Assembly: GCA_036630325.1 (NCBI GenBank)
Contig: CP142731.1
Span: 186,001-250,000 of the forward strand
Origin: Vairimorpha necatrix
Lineage: Eukaryota
Reading direction: 5' to 3'
Length of the DNA stretch: 64,000 nucleotides
Positions 44,681 through 56,012 of the stretch are shown here, piece by piece (within the stretch, counting starts at the first letter, position 1; every line of letters starts with the position of its first letter). Position numbers and translations under genes: made by a program. The notes below the pieces were generated by a model. The model made no database searches. It saw only the letters and a program-made list of their open reading frames with translations, and was not told the origin of the DNA.

Positions 44681-45184
44681 AATAATAGCCACGATCAAGA
44701 TAATACCAAAACAAATAGGTTAATTAAAATACATTAAAAACATGATTGAAAGTTATTTTTGGGGCAAAAGTATCCTTATGGACATATACTAATTTATAAT
44801 TTTTAGTAAAGATCCTTTGGGCTTTTCTGATCAGGTATTGCTGCAGACATTGCGGAAATACATGAAATCTGTTAGAAAGCAAATTTTCGATTTCATACCC
44901 CGAGACCTGCATATTGAGACTTATATGTGGTTAAAAACGTTTAAAAAATAAATTTATGTAGTTTATTTTATCTATATACGACTTCTATATCTACATCCGC
45001 CGGGTTAAACTTTCGCTTTGTTTGTCTTTTAATCAAAATTATTCTTAGATAATCTCTTTAAATCTTCAAATAACAATAATAAAAGACTATAATATACTCA
45101 TCGGCCAATTAAGTCATTCCAGATATATATCGTAGAGATTTAGAACATTGTATCATTTTTTAATCTAAAATTTAATGCTTTAAA

Positions 45185-45412
45185 TAGTTTTATATAAACC
45201 TCCTGATAATTAACTTACACTCTATGTATTATCAAATAGGCAAGCAGACTTAGAATTTGATATTGAACAATATCAAATATGATATAATTTAATAATTAAT
45301 AGTTTTATAAAACTTCCTGATAATTAACTTACACTTTATGCATTATCAAATAGGCAAGTAGACTTAGAATTAAATATTGGACAATATTTAATTTGGTATA
45401 ATTTAATATTAA
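45185..45412. repeat. Tandem duplication, 2 x ~113 bp
   Basis: TAGTTTTATA...CCTGATAATTAACTTACACT...TCAAATAGGCAAG...GACTTAGAATT occurs twice. Confidence 0.85.
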
Positions 45413-46134
45413 GATTCGTGTAGATTAATACAAAACATCATAAAATGGGCAACAGTCTAGCCCTAGCTTTTTTATATCTGAGGGGAACCCCTAGAGAAAA
45501 AATAATTAAATCAGAGTTTATTCCAAAAAACTAAAGATATTTTTACGGATAACTTGCTGTAAAGCTTAATATTTCCATAAATTGCACCTTTTTTTAGCTA
45601 TTTAAATGTAAACAGATTTGTTCTATCAAATTAAGGTCTACCACGGGTTGTTTCTTAAATCTTCATCATAAAAAAAACGCGGGGTTGCCGTGACAAGATT
45701 CACTCTTTGGGGAAATGTTTATGTCCATCAATTATGCGTGATGTTTCAGGTCCTTCTGCATTTAAAAGGCGCGTCATTGTAGGTACAGTACGGTTGGGTA
45801 TAATTTTGATTCATGGTCCAAAGTCAAACATACATGGTCCAAACAACCAAGTATATAAAAAAAAGTGTAATTTTTTCCGGTGGATATTTGTTAATTTGTT
45901 TATTAAATAATCCTTTCGACTGTCTGTGCCTATTCTTTACCTTCGTGTTGGTATTTTCTTTTCTCTGTGCTTAGTAAATCAAATTTGTACGTAATGGCAA
46001 TATAGACACACGGGAATTTTGTTTAGGTTTACTATAGGTATTGTTTTAGTAATAAAATACATGTATTAGAATCTTGTATAGATTTTTATTATTAAATGTT
46101 AACCCTTTATTAACATATTTTCAAACCCTCAATA

Positions 46135-46253
46135 AAATTACAGCACCCTGCTTTTCCGAGCGGTCTCCCATCTCAGTACTCACAAGGCTCTTACTGGCTT
46201 AACTTCGGAGAGCTGACGAGTTCCGGTGCTTTACAGTAGATATGGCCGTAATT
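46135..46253 (-). rRNA. 5S rRNA, copy 1
   Basis: Reverse strand reads TTACGGCCATATCTAC...CTCGTCAGCTCTCCGAAGTTAAGC...AGTACTGAGATGGGAGACC...GGTGCTGTAA, followed by a T-run terminator. Confidence 0.95.
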
Positions 46254-46441
46254 GTATATTTTACATATTCTATATATGATGAACTCAGATGTATTAAAAA
46301 GCATATTTTGATCGCAATTTGAACTGTTTTTTATAATTTTTATGTATTTATCATATAAAATATGAATATTTCAATAATAAGCTCAATTAAAATTCGTATA
46401 AACCATTTAGTTTTTTTTTGTTTTTTTTGACCCTTTTTCTT

Positions 46442-46612
46442 ATGGCTGATAAATCTTTCTTCTCTGAAATTAATGAGTTTAGTTCTAGTGATGATTCGAT
46501 CTCAGAGGTCTCCGATTTATTTGAACACGAGATTTGCCCACTTAAGGGGGATGATTTTGAGAAATTAAAAGATCAATTAAGTAAAACAAGGGAGTGGAGT
46601 AAAGATCTTTAA
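46442..46612 (+). CDS. Small acidic hypothetical protein (56 aa)
   Basis: CCC precedes the ATG at 46442 and AATAAA follows the stop. Composition looks coding. Confidence 0.6.
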   Translation: MADKSFFSEINEFSSSDDSISEVSDLFEHEICPLKGDDFEKLKDQLSKTREWSKDL

Positions 46613-46673
46613 AAATATAATAAAATTCAATTATATATATGATAAACAAAATATTCTTTATTTAATAAACATA

Positions 46674-48134
46674 TCATGCTTTATAAAATATACATATTAT
46701 TATATACATGTATTTTGACATATAGTGCATCTCCTTAAGGAACATATAATTGACTAATATTTGGTTCACTAATAATAAAGCAGAATCCCGACAAAACACA
46801 AATCTAAGACACAGAGAATTAATAAAAACCAATAGAAAAAGAGGATCAATTTCCCTGTACTTCATTCCTCGATTTTTATAGATTTGGTTTAGTACCAAAA
46901 ACAAGAAGATAAAAGGAACAAGACAATTATAAATCTTATTATGTTCAATATAAGTACTAATACTTATTAATAATAAGGTATGTTCTACGACTTTACTAAT
47001 AAAACTCTTTCTTGGAAAGCTTAAATCTTTCTTAGTTGTCCCGTCATTCCTCTCATTATCAGAGACATAAAACTCCCTGTGTTTCTTATTCCCATAAGCA
47101 CTGGCGTAGACTTCAAAACTGTCTTTTAGGCGTCTCATGCCTAAGAACAGGCCTGTGTTCATATTGACAATCTCAAATGTACCAGTGCGAGTAGTCAAGA
47201 TCTTGTCACATTTGATTCTAAAAATATCATTTTTAGACTCAATAACCAAGTCTAAAGGCTTAAGTTCGACTTTGTGGAATTTATCAGTTTGATTTACAGA
47301 ATTCACACTTAGTACTTCTTGTGTCTCGATATTGACGAATCTGACGAGATCTCCGTCTTTTACACTTCCTTCTCCGTCTACTTTACTGATTCGCCAGTAG
47401 AACAAAGAAGACATACCTGATAATTTATTATCAGATACAGAAATATAAGACTTGAAGTGTCTATTTAGTATAGAAATAAGAGAACCGTGGATTACTTCCT
47501 CGTGTGTCGCATTTAATTTTATATCTCCGAATTCTAATGACACATTTTTATTAGAATTTTGTGATATATTAGGCCTGAGTTGGTAGTCAACATAAAATGT
47601 ACTAAGATATACAAACATGACTGTAAATATTATACAAGATACTCTTCCAGAGTATCTTGAAAGAGAAATCAGTACTGGTTTAGACTTGTCTACTAAGTCG
47701 ACATATAAAAGAAGACACATTTTACCAAGAATTATAATTATTAGAAATATACAAGACAAGTCTGAGACGAGACTCAAAGACAAGAAAAGAGACAATAAAA
47801 AGATATTCTCAGTGAAGAGAGCGTGTACTGAGAATATTAAGGCGTAAGACGGAGAGAAGTCGGGAATAGAAAAGATTAGACAAAATAAAATAGGTGAGAA
47901 AGGAGAAGTAAGAAAAAGAAGGCATTTTAAGGCCCATGTGAGGTGACTAATATTAACAGGGGATTTGTAAGGAATAAGTTCAGAGATGAAGTAGTCTAAA
48001 ATGCCGGGAAGAGGAGGAAGATCGAAGATTAAAAATTCTTCATTTTTGTAAGATGAGTTAATGACATTATAGACCCTAGAATCGAGGGGATTTTTAAGAC
48101 TTAAGAAAGCAAAGATTATTTCCCAAGAGATCAT
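46674..48134 (-). CDS. Divergent protein O-mannosyltransferase-like membrane protein with MIR domain
   Basis: FDLPPLPG resembles the PMT motif FDVHPPLG. TM segments flank a luminal MIR-like region (HGSLISILN, VKDGDLVRFVNIET). CCC precedes the ATG at 48134. Confidence 0.7.
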   Translation of the reverse strand: MISWEIIFAFLSLKNPLDSRVYNVINSSYKNEEFLIFDLPPLPGILDYFISELIPYKSPVNISHLTWALKCLLFLTSPFSPILFCLIFSIPDFSPSYALIFSVHALFTENIFLLSLFLSLSLVSDLSCIFLIIIILGKMCLLLYVDLVDKSKPVLISLSRYSGRVSCIIFTVMFVYLSTFYVDYQLRPNISQNSNKNVSLEFGDIKLNATHEEVIHGSLISILNRHFKSYISVSDNKLSGMSSLFYWRISKVDGEGSVKDGDLVRFVNIETQEVLSVNSVNQTDKFHKVELKPLDLVIESKNDIFRIKCDKILTTRTGTFEIVNMNTGLFLGMRRLKDSFEVYASAYGNKKHREFYVSDNERNDGTTKKDLSFPRKSFISKVVEHTLLLISISTYIEHNKIYNCLVPFIFLFLVLNQIYKNRGMKYREIDPLFLLVFINSLCLRFVFCRDSALLLVNQILVNYMFLKEMHYMSKYMYIIICIFYKA

Positions 48135-48273
48135 GAGGGTAAACAAAAATATGAAAAATTTATAAAAGTGAATTTATTATAATTGGAAATTATATTTGAA
48201 AATTTTATTTATATTTAATACATATTTATAGTATATACATAGTTGTATTAAGTTTTGTTATTTCTTTATTTGT

Positions 48274-48507
48274 TTATTTGACCCATCTTGATTTCGTGTA
48301 TATTTCTTCTTCACTTTCCTCGTCCCTTTTGATTTTCTTCTTGTTTTTGTTCTGCTTCCTCTTCACTTCCTTGATAATGTCCTGTTCTTTGTTCTCGTGC
48401 TTGAAGTCGTAGCCCAGGCCTATCCGGCGAGGCAGGAAATTCTTCTCAATTTTACAAGTAGTAAAACGAGAGGACTCTAATAATTTGATGATTTTATCTT
48501 CAAACAT
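48274..48507 (-). CDS. Small basic hypothetical protein with an RRIGLGY motif
   Basis: CCCGTC precedes the ATG and AATAAA follows the stop. Confidence 0.65.
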   Translation of the reverse strand: MFEDKIIKLLESSRFTTCKIEKNFLPRRIGLGYDFKHENKEQDIIKEVKRKQNKNKKKIKRDEESEEEIYTKSRWVK

Positions 48508-48582
48508 GACGGGTAAAAAAAAATGTAAAATATAATACTAATCTTTATTGTACTATAACATTATAAATATTATGTATATATA

Positions 48583-49062
48583 TTAAGTAAATATTTTGAG
48601 TATATATTTATCAAGTAGTACAAATATGCATGCCCCCAGGAATATGTAAAATGCACACCACATGACATAAATCTCTCTCCCTTCTGCATTCATCTTCTCC
48701 ACTATCTTATTCTTAGTCCCAACTAACTCTCTATCAATATCTGTATTTGTATAATCAAGCCCCATAAGCTTAATAGTGCCCTTGTTTAATAAAGCATTAT
48801 TAGAATCAATCTTCCTTATTTGTCTATTGAGAATATGAACAGTAGACTCTAAGACTTCATCTACATTCTTATTACTGAGCTTATTGAGCTTAGATCTCCA
48901 TGATTTGACGAGTACTTGATTCTGCTTGGAATATGTGCCCTTGTCATATAAATCTTGTTCATAGTCAGTTATTAATTGTCTGAGGGAAGATATAAAATTA
49001 TTTAAGTCTTCGTCTGATTTGAAATCAACTCTTTTTAGTTCATTCTCGATTTTTGACTGCAT
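48583..49062 (-). CDS. Tail-anchored SNARE-like protein, Sec20-like
   Basis: Likely start is MQSKIE at 49062, after CCCC. Coiled coil followed by a C-terminal TM segment, IYVMWCAFYIFLGACIFVLL. Confidence 0.6.
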   Translation of the reverse strand: MQSKIENELKRVDFKSDEDLNNFISSLRQLITDYEQDLYDKGTYSKQNQVLVKSWRSKLNKLSNKNVDEVLESTVHILNRQIRKIDSNNALLNKGTIKLMGLDYTNTDIDRELVGTKNKIVEKMNAEGREIYVMWCAFYIFLGACIFVLLDKYILKIFT

Positions 49063-49332
49063 AAACAAAAAGGGGACAAAGCGAGAGAAAAAATATATAA
49101 AAAAAGCAAAGCAGAGACAAAAATTACTAAAAAAACATAATATGTTTAGAACGCATATTAGCAACTTAAACACAAAAACGAACTCTATATCTATTAGATT
49201 TAGAAAAAAGTGTGTTAAATATGTACAGCGTGACTTGGAATGGAATAGTAACAAATTTCTACCGCGCATATAAAAAAGCTAATTAGAATAGAAGCATATA
49301 CACAAACAAGAGTCCTTAAAATGACTTAAGAA

Positions 49333-49475
49333 AGCCCAACTATGTCTTTCTGACAAGTTAGGCTTGATACAGAAAAGGAAGGGGTATTTACGATTCCAAA
49401 ATGTGGATTTCAGAAGGAACCGTCAGAAGATATATATCTTGTGTTAAGTAAGATATTAAATTATACCCAAAAAAG
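49333..49475 (+). repeat. Diverged copy C of the short retroposed element
   Basis: Shares GCCyAACTATGTC, GGCTTGATACAGA..AGGAAGGGGT, TCAGAAGGAA, TATCTTGTG and TTATACCCAAA with the reverse complement of copies A and B. Confidence 0.7.
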
Positions 49476-50119
49476 TACTTTTTAATATGTACAAAATCTA
49501 GTACTTATTGTGTAATTACATAAGGAAAAATACAGGGCACTTGATGTTTGAATTCATCAAACTCAAGTTACATTACGAATTTGTTTGTATTATACAACAA
49601 AGTTATAATTAATTTCAAAGTGTTTAAAAAGTCCAAATGGAGAAATTTACAAAAAATGCTTAACTTTGATACAATAAAAAGTGGGTTTTCTTTTAATAGA
49701 TCATCATATTGTGGCTCTTGTAAAAATTAATATCTTCCGTCTAAGTCTTAATTAATGTTCTTATTATTTACAATCTACATTCTTAAATTGATATTTAAAA
49801 TTATATAAAAACTTATCTTAATTTATCTGTAGACATTTAATTTATCTTAGATATGACAGCTTACATTTATTTACTTGATACGTGTCTAAAAACTCCAAGA
49901 GTCCTGTCATTATAATTGGATATTACATTTGTATGTATTATTTTAATAAAATTTATTTCATATAAAATATGTAAAAAAAAGCAGCATTTTTCCTCCTCTT
50001 TTTTTACGGTGCTTTTTTAAAGGGTTAAATTTTTTAAAGGTCCGGGTCATTCAGTTTTATTTTTTCTCCTTTTTTTAATAATTTTGTGATTTTTCAAAAA
50101 GAAGAAGTAAGAGAATTAC

Positions 50120-50350
50120 AACATCATTACTCAATAATACGAATTCAAAAAAGAACAAGTATGATATTAAAAATATTTAAAACATCATAACTTAATAATA
50201 CAAATTTACAATAGAACAATTTATAAATTCAACAATTATGATATTACAAATATTTAAAACATCATAACTTAATAATACAAATTTACAAAAAAGCAATTTA
50301 TAAATTTAACAATTATGATATTACAAATATTTAAAACATCATTACTCAAA
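50120..50350. repeat. Degenerate tandem repeat, ~65-80 bp unit, about 3 copies
   Basis: TATGATATTAmAAATATTTAAAACATCAT recurs at ~50160, 50237 and 50314. Confidence 0.75.
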
Positions 50351-50999
50351 AATATATATATAGTCATGTTTGATAATGTTTTATAAAGTGCTGACTCTGG
50401 AATTTTTAATTTATTTCTTAATTTATATACTAAACAAACAAATAGTGAAAAAAACATAATTTGAGCAAATAAAAACACTTTTTGAGACGACAAATTATTG
50501 TGTATAAGAGTTTGACGTTGAGATTCGTGACATCTACTCAAACATATCAAAATAAATTTTGATGTATTATTATGATTTATTGTCTATAATAAAATGATAT
50601 TGATTTATTTTTAAAAGTTAGACCTTTAACTTAAATAATAAAACCTAATACACATTTTCAAACTATGCTTTCACTTTCGACGAAACTTTGTTTGCATTTC
50701 TTGTTTGTTGTAATATTTTTTTTTATTCTACTCTCTGTTTTCCCTTTTATATCTTGGTTTTTTAATAGTCTAAATTAATAATTTACTAAATGTTTTGTTA
50801 TTAAATTAAATTATTTGATTTTTATTTTCTTCTCTACTTAAAACCAACTGAAGATATACTGCTCCGTGGTGATCTTAGTTTGTTTGTTTAGTAAACAATA
50901 CTAGTCAATGTTTGTTTGTTTCTGTTTGTTAGTAGACATTTTAATAATTAAAAGTATTTAATCAATTTTTTATTTTAAATAATTAGCACCAACAAAGTC

Positions 51000-51728
51000 A
51001 TGACAAATATGGGAGATGAAAATAATGATATTGATAAATTTAAGAGAGAAAAACAATATAAAAATGATAATTTTTTCACTAATCAAAAGATAAAAAAGTC
51101 CAATAGTTACACGTATAATAATTTTGAAGATATAAATAGCTATTATAATTATGGAGAATATGTATACTATAATGTGCCTAGTACTTATCATTATGAAGAT
51201 AGACATGAGTATCCCAATAGTGAGGTAATGTATAATAACAATAATAATAATACTAGTAGTACTAGTAATTATCCTAAGATGTTAAAAGAAGCAAAGAGGA
51301 AAGCAAAGCAGAGAGTGTGTTCTAATTGTGCGACTACTAGTACGCCGTCATGGAGACGAGGCGAGAAAGGCAAGTCTCTGCTTTGTAATGCATGCGGCTT
51401 GTATCAGAAATTACACGGGAGAGCGCGACCTTTTACAGTGACTGCTACTGGCAGAACAAAAGCGCTTAAAGGCGGATATGAGAAGACTATGTGTATTAAT
51501 TGCTCGACTCCATATTTAGTTACAGAAGTTAAGAGTGGTACTAATAGTTTCATATGTAGTAATTGTATAAATAAAATGAAGACTAATAATAGACACGATG
51601 TCCAATATTATAAATATAATAATTATTATAATTATTATGGAGACACAGATGTAAATTTTGAGACACCAGTAGATTGTAATAACACGATTTATGAAAATTT
51701 AAGAAAAGACAAAGAGCACGATTTATAA
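51000..51728 (+). CDS. GATA zinc-finger transcription factor
   Basis: [15 protein letters not shown]...[17 protein letters not shown], plus a second degenerate CxxC...CxxC. Confidence 0.92.
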   Translation: MTNMGDENNDIDKFKREKQYKNDNFFTNQKIKKSNSYTYNNFEDINSYYNYGEYVYYNVPSTYHYEDRHEYPNSEVMYNNNNNNTSSTSNYPKMLKEAKRKAKQRVCSNCATTSTPSWRRGEKGKSLLCNACGLYQKLHGRARPFTVTATGRTKALKGGYEKTMCINCSTPYLVTEVKSGTNSFICSNCINKMKTNNRHDVQYYKYNNYYNYYGDTDVNFETPVDCNNTIYENLRKDKEHDL

Positions 51729-51884
51729 TAAAATGTAGTTCTTTATAAAAAAATTTATTGTGAATTTGTTGATTAAGTTTTTATATGTATTAGTTAAATT
51801 ATACAAATTAGTTTTATTGATATACAAAATTAAAATTTTATTTCTTAAGCGTATTGTAAATTTTTCATATAATTTAAGTAAATG

Positions 51885-52571
51885 CTAGTTCTGTGGTTTC
51901 TTGTTCTCTTTTAATACAACCCGTATCTTCATATTCTTAAGTTTAACTCCGTCCATATACTTGGCCGCTTTATAAGCTCCCACTTCTTTTTCATAATTGA
52001 CAAATCCTCTTTTATCTTTTATACCACTTGACAAAACATTCCCATATTTACTAAAAATATGTAAAAAATCCATCTCCGTAATCTCTTCGGGAATATTATA
52101 AACAAAAACACTCCTCTTACCCTCACTCACTTCATTCTTCATAGTATTCCTTATACTTACCAACTTATCACCATAAGAAATCTTATTATTAAGGTCTAAC
52201 AACTTCTGAGCATCTTTCTTGTTCTCCATTTCAATCATCAACACATTCTTAATAAACTTGCAATACTCAATTTTCCCATAATAACTAAAAAAATCAGACA
52301 CGTCAACTAAATCACAGTTTAACGGTAAATTAAAAACGAATATTTTATTATCTCTGTCGTATGCATAGTCGACTATTAAAATCATGTTTTTTAACTTTTT
52401 ATTGTTCATGGCATTTATAGCTTTGGAACATTCTTCTCTGGATTTGTAAGAAATGAAATAGTTCTTTTCAGATTTGAAAATGTTAAATATTTTGCCGTAT
52501 TTGGAAAATATAGAACGAATATCTTCAACTGTAAAATTAATTGGTAAATTACTTACAATTATTTTAGACAT
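51885..52571 (-). CDS. RNA-binding protein with three RRM domains
   Basis: RNP2-like IIVSNL, IFVFNL and VFVYNI; RNP1 RGFVNY. Confidence 0.88.
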   Translation of the reverse strand: MSKIIVSNLPINFTVEDIRSIFSKYGKIFNIFKSEKNYFISYKSREECSKAINAMNNKKLKNMILIVDYAYDRDNKIFVFNLPLNCDLVDVSDFFSYYGKIEYCKFIKNVLMIEMENKKDAQKLLDLNNKISYGDKLVSIRNTMKNEVSEGKRSVFVYNIPEEITEMDFLHIFSKYGNVLSSGIKDKRGFVNYEKEVGAYKAAKYMDGVKLKNMKIRVVLKENKKPQN

Positions 52572-52797
52572 TAATCAAATTAAAAGGGGCGTAAAAAAAG
52601 ACAACTGACTCTACAAAACTCCCTTTTGATGACAATTTTTATTTCCAGCTTTTTTTAAGACTAAGATTTTATGGCTAGATAAACATAATGAAAAAAAACA
52701 GTGCTTTATACGTTTCAGACATGCAAATTATATTTTGTTTTGATTTTTCAATCAGAAGATGTTTTTTTAAAAAATTTAATTTTTTTTTCTGCCCCAT

Positions 52798-54036
52798 ATG
52801 AAAATCAATACAATTTACCACCAAGAACAAGAATATAAAAAAGAAAGAAAAAGAGATCTAAGTATCACAAAACATTCTAAAAATCCTTTACACCATCCTT
52901 TCATGAAAGAAAGAGAACTTATCAGAGCTATAAATTCCACAAAATTAGACAGATTATTTGCTAAACCATTTATAACTGCTTTATCTTACCACAGAGAAGG
53001 CATAACTCAAATTACTAAATCTTCAGTAAATCCTTATATTGTATCTACAAGTTTTGATAATGAGATAATTTTAAGTGATATTGAAAATAGAACAAAGATA
53101 AGTAAATGTAATATGAATTCTAAAATAAAAGGGATAGGTATAGACAATATGAACAATGTGTATATTGGTGACAACAAAACAATAAGAATATGCAACAAAA
53201 AACTAGATATAAAAAAATCGGAAAAAATTTTAAATAATTCTGCTATTAATAATTTGGAAGTTGATGACGCACTTTACGTCGCTGGCTACAATTCAGTCGC
53301 GATTTACGATCTTGAAATGAGAAGTAAAAAAATTGAATATTCTGTAAATAATGTTGATGTTATAACTCATAACAAATCATTTACACATTTAGTAGGATTT
53401 GCAAATGAAATGAAAAATTTTATAGTAGACATGAGATTAGAAAAAATTGTAATGGATTTTACACTACCAAATAAAACTAATGCTATGTGTTTTAGTCCAT
53501 CAGATGGATACTTTCTGGCTTCTGCTAATGAAGACACAAATGGGTATATTCATGATCTAAGGTACATTGAGTCGCCTTGTAACACACTAAGAGGTCATGT
53601 AAGCGCAGTTACTTGTATAAAATACAATCCAAATGGACAAGAACTTTGTACTGGCAGTTTCGACCAGACAATTAGAATTTTCAAAAATTCTGAAAGAAAA
53701 TCAAGAGAAGTTTATTATAACCAAAGAATGCACAACATAGTCGGGTTAGAATATTCAAATGATGGTAAATTTATCATATCGGGCAGTGACGATGGCTCTT
53801 TGCGACTCTGGAAAAACGAAGCTAGCTTGAAATCAGGACCACTTAGTAGAAAAGAAAAGGATGTGCAGACACTTAGTAAAGTGTTAATTGATAAATATAA
53901 GAATGTAGAAGAAGTAGAAAGAATTAATAAACATAGATTTATACCAAAATTACTTAAAGAGAAAATGAAACAGAAACATGAACATTATGAAGCAGAAGTA
54001 AGAAAAGGACATATAAAAAAAAACAATAAGTTTTAA
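52798..54036 (+). CDS. SOF1: U3 snoRNP WD40 protein Sof1/DCAF13
   Basis: MKINTI, HPFMKERELIRAINSTKLDRLFAKPF, GSFDQTIRIF, SREVYY..RM, SGSDDGSLRLWK..AS. Confidence 0.93.
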   Translation: MKINTIYHQEQEYKKERKRDLSITKHSKNPLHHPFMKERELIRAINSTKLDRLFAKPFITALSYHREGITQITKSSVNPYIVSTSFDNEIILSDIENRTKISKCNMNSKIKGIGIDNMNNVYIGDNKTIRICNKKLDIKKSEKILNNSAINNLEVDDALYVAGYNSVAIYDLEMRSKKIEYSVNNVDVITHNKSFTHLVGFANEMKNFIVDMRLEKIVMDFTLPNKTNAMCFSPSDGYFLASANEDTNGYIHDLRYIESPCNTLRGHVSAVTCIKYNPNGQELCTGSFDQTIRIFKNSERKSREVYYNQRMHNIVGLEYSNDGKFIISGSDDGSLRLWKNEASLKSGPLSRKEKDVQTLSKVLIDKYKNVEEVERINKHRFIPKLLKEKMKQKHEHYEAEVRKGHIKKNNKF

Positions 54037-54057
54037 ATCTATAATTAAAACATAAAA

Positions 54058-54249
54058 TTAGTTTTTAAAAATTTTATTTATTTTTTTACTACTAAATTTC
54101 TTATCATTTTGTTCTTGAGCAAATAGTAAATTTTTTTTGTTTATTTCTTTTGTTATTAAATAATTTTCTGATTTGTCTTTAGTTGATCTTTTGAAATATT
54201 TAGTTGGTTTTTTAACAATCTTGACTTTTTTAAGGGGTTTTTGTGCCAT
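54058..54249 (-). CDS. Small Lys-rich protein, possibly UPF0390/DUF2462-like
   Basis: MAQKPLKK start and ITKEINKKN segment. CCCC precedes the ATG. Confidence 0.55.
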   Translation of the reverse strand: MAQKPLKKVKIVKKPTKYFKRSTKDKSENYLITKEINKKNLLFAQEQNDKKFSSKKINKIFKN

Positions 54250-54362
54250 TGAATTGGGGATGGAAAAAAATATAGAAATAAAATGTTTGTATTTTTCGAA
54301 TGAAGAAATACATGTTTAATTTCGTTGTGTATTAGTGCATTTATTGTTTAACGCTTTTTATT

Positions 54363-54481
54363 AAATTACAGCACCCTGCTTTTCCGAGCGGTCTCCCATC
54401 TCAGTACTCACAAGGCTCTTACTGGCTTAACTTCGGAGAGCTGACGAGTTCCGGTGCTTTACAGTAGATATGGCCGTAACT
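54363..54481 (-). rRNA. 5S rRNA, copy 2
   Basis: Essentially identical to copy 1. Confidence 0.95.
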
Positions 54482-54499
54482 GTAAACAAAAAACAAATA

Positions 54500-54583
54500 T
54501 AATAAAGATCTTAAAGCATAGATAAAAGACTAGAGAAATAAAGATCTTAAAGCATAGATAAAAGAATACAGAAATAAAGATCT
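54500..54583. repeat. Tandem repeat, ~36 bp x 2.3, upstream of 5S copy 2
   Basis: AATAAAGATCTTAAAGCATAGATAAAAGA is repeated. Confidence 0.8.
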
Positions 54584-55261
54584 ATTTTTGAAGGTATTTA
54601 AATTTGTAATATCTTTTTATATGAAATTAAAAAGATATTTTTTCGTGAAGTTATTTACGTTGTTTTTTTGCTTGGGTACTTTTTTCAAGTCTTCCAGCAT
54701 CTTTTTTGAGAATTTTTGTTACCATCTTCTTTAGCGCATCAGACAATATTTTTTAAAATATCTTAAGATGTCTTTATTTGGCTGTGTTTGTTTTATGCAC
54801 TTGTGATGTAATTTGTTCATGTTATTTGATTAATATTGTGCTAAATACATTTTTTCATACCTTGCTTCTAAATATCTGTACTATAAATTTGATCATAATG
54901 CCTTGACTCTACTTAATTATTATAGTAATTATACGCTTATTACTTTCTCTGTGTTGTCTTGGTAAGTATTTATATTATCATTAAATAATTAAGGTCGTAG
55001 TATATTTATTTACAAAGATATAAATATAAGGTAAAATGCCATTGTAACTTCAAGCGCATTTTGACGGCAACCTACCCTAAACAATTTGTAAGCAAATAGA
55101 CTACTTTTAAAATGTAGTAATAAAGCATTTAGAATGCTACCGTAAAGATGACGCGAACCAAAGAAGAAATTCAAAAAAAGGTAATAGCATGCAAAAAAAA
55201 TATTTATGAAAAAACTTCGAAAAATTTTTTGACATTCGCTCGTATACTGTGATTTTTCATA

Positions 55262-55380
55262 AAATTACAGCACCCTGCTTTTCCGAGCGGTCTCCCATCT
55301 CAGTACTCACAAGGCTCTTACTGGCTTAACTTCGGAGAGCTGACGAGTTCCGGTGTTTTACAGTAGATATGACCGTAACT
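55262..55380 (-). rRNA. 5S rRNA, copy 3 (two substitutions)
   Basis: Same as copy 2 except GGTGTTTT (vs GGTGCTTT) and ATGACCG (vs ATGGCCG) on the + strand. Confidence 0.92.
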
Positions 55381-56012
55381 GAAATAAAAAACAGTAATAA
55401 ATATAATTACATTTGTTTTGATAACAGTAATTCAACACATGTTAATAAAGTGATTATAAATAGCAAGTTTTTTCTGCAATATTTCACAGCCGGCAATTGC
55501 CTCAAATATAATAAATAAAGATATTTAAGACAAATATGATCTATTTCATAGATATATAATAAAAAACTGAACGTATTATGTTCCATGTATTATACTTACA
55601 AATTATTAACATCCCTTTTCATTTGGACTATATTTTTGTTTATATTAATACCCAATTATAAAAGTGCAATAAGAATTTGTTGTATATGAATCATAAACAT
55701 ACTTAACTTCTAAAAATATATGTCATAATTAATACATAAAACTAATGCGAAATTTGTTAGAAAATTTAAAAAAAACAAAGGCATATGACAAAAAAAATTG
55801 GTCTTCTTTTTTATTGACTTGAAATATCGTAAAAAGTTGCAAAAATGAAATCTCATAAAAACTTTACCATATGAGCCAATAAATTTGCTTTAAAAAGAAG
55901 CATGGCATTTATAAATTTTGTCTAAAAATTTTTATCGTTTACAATTCTCTCAGCAAAATGATTAATTAAAAAATGATTCTTAATAAAATTGTTTAAGTAA
56001 ATTTTTTATTGT

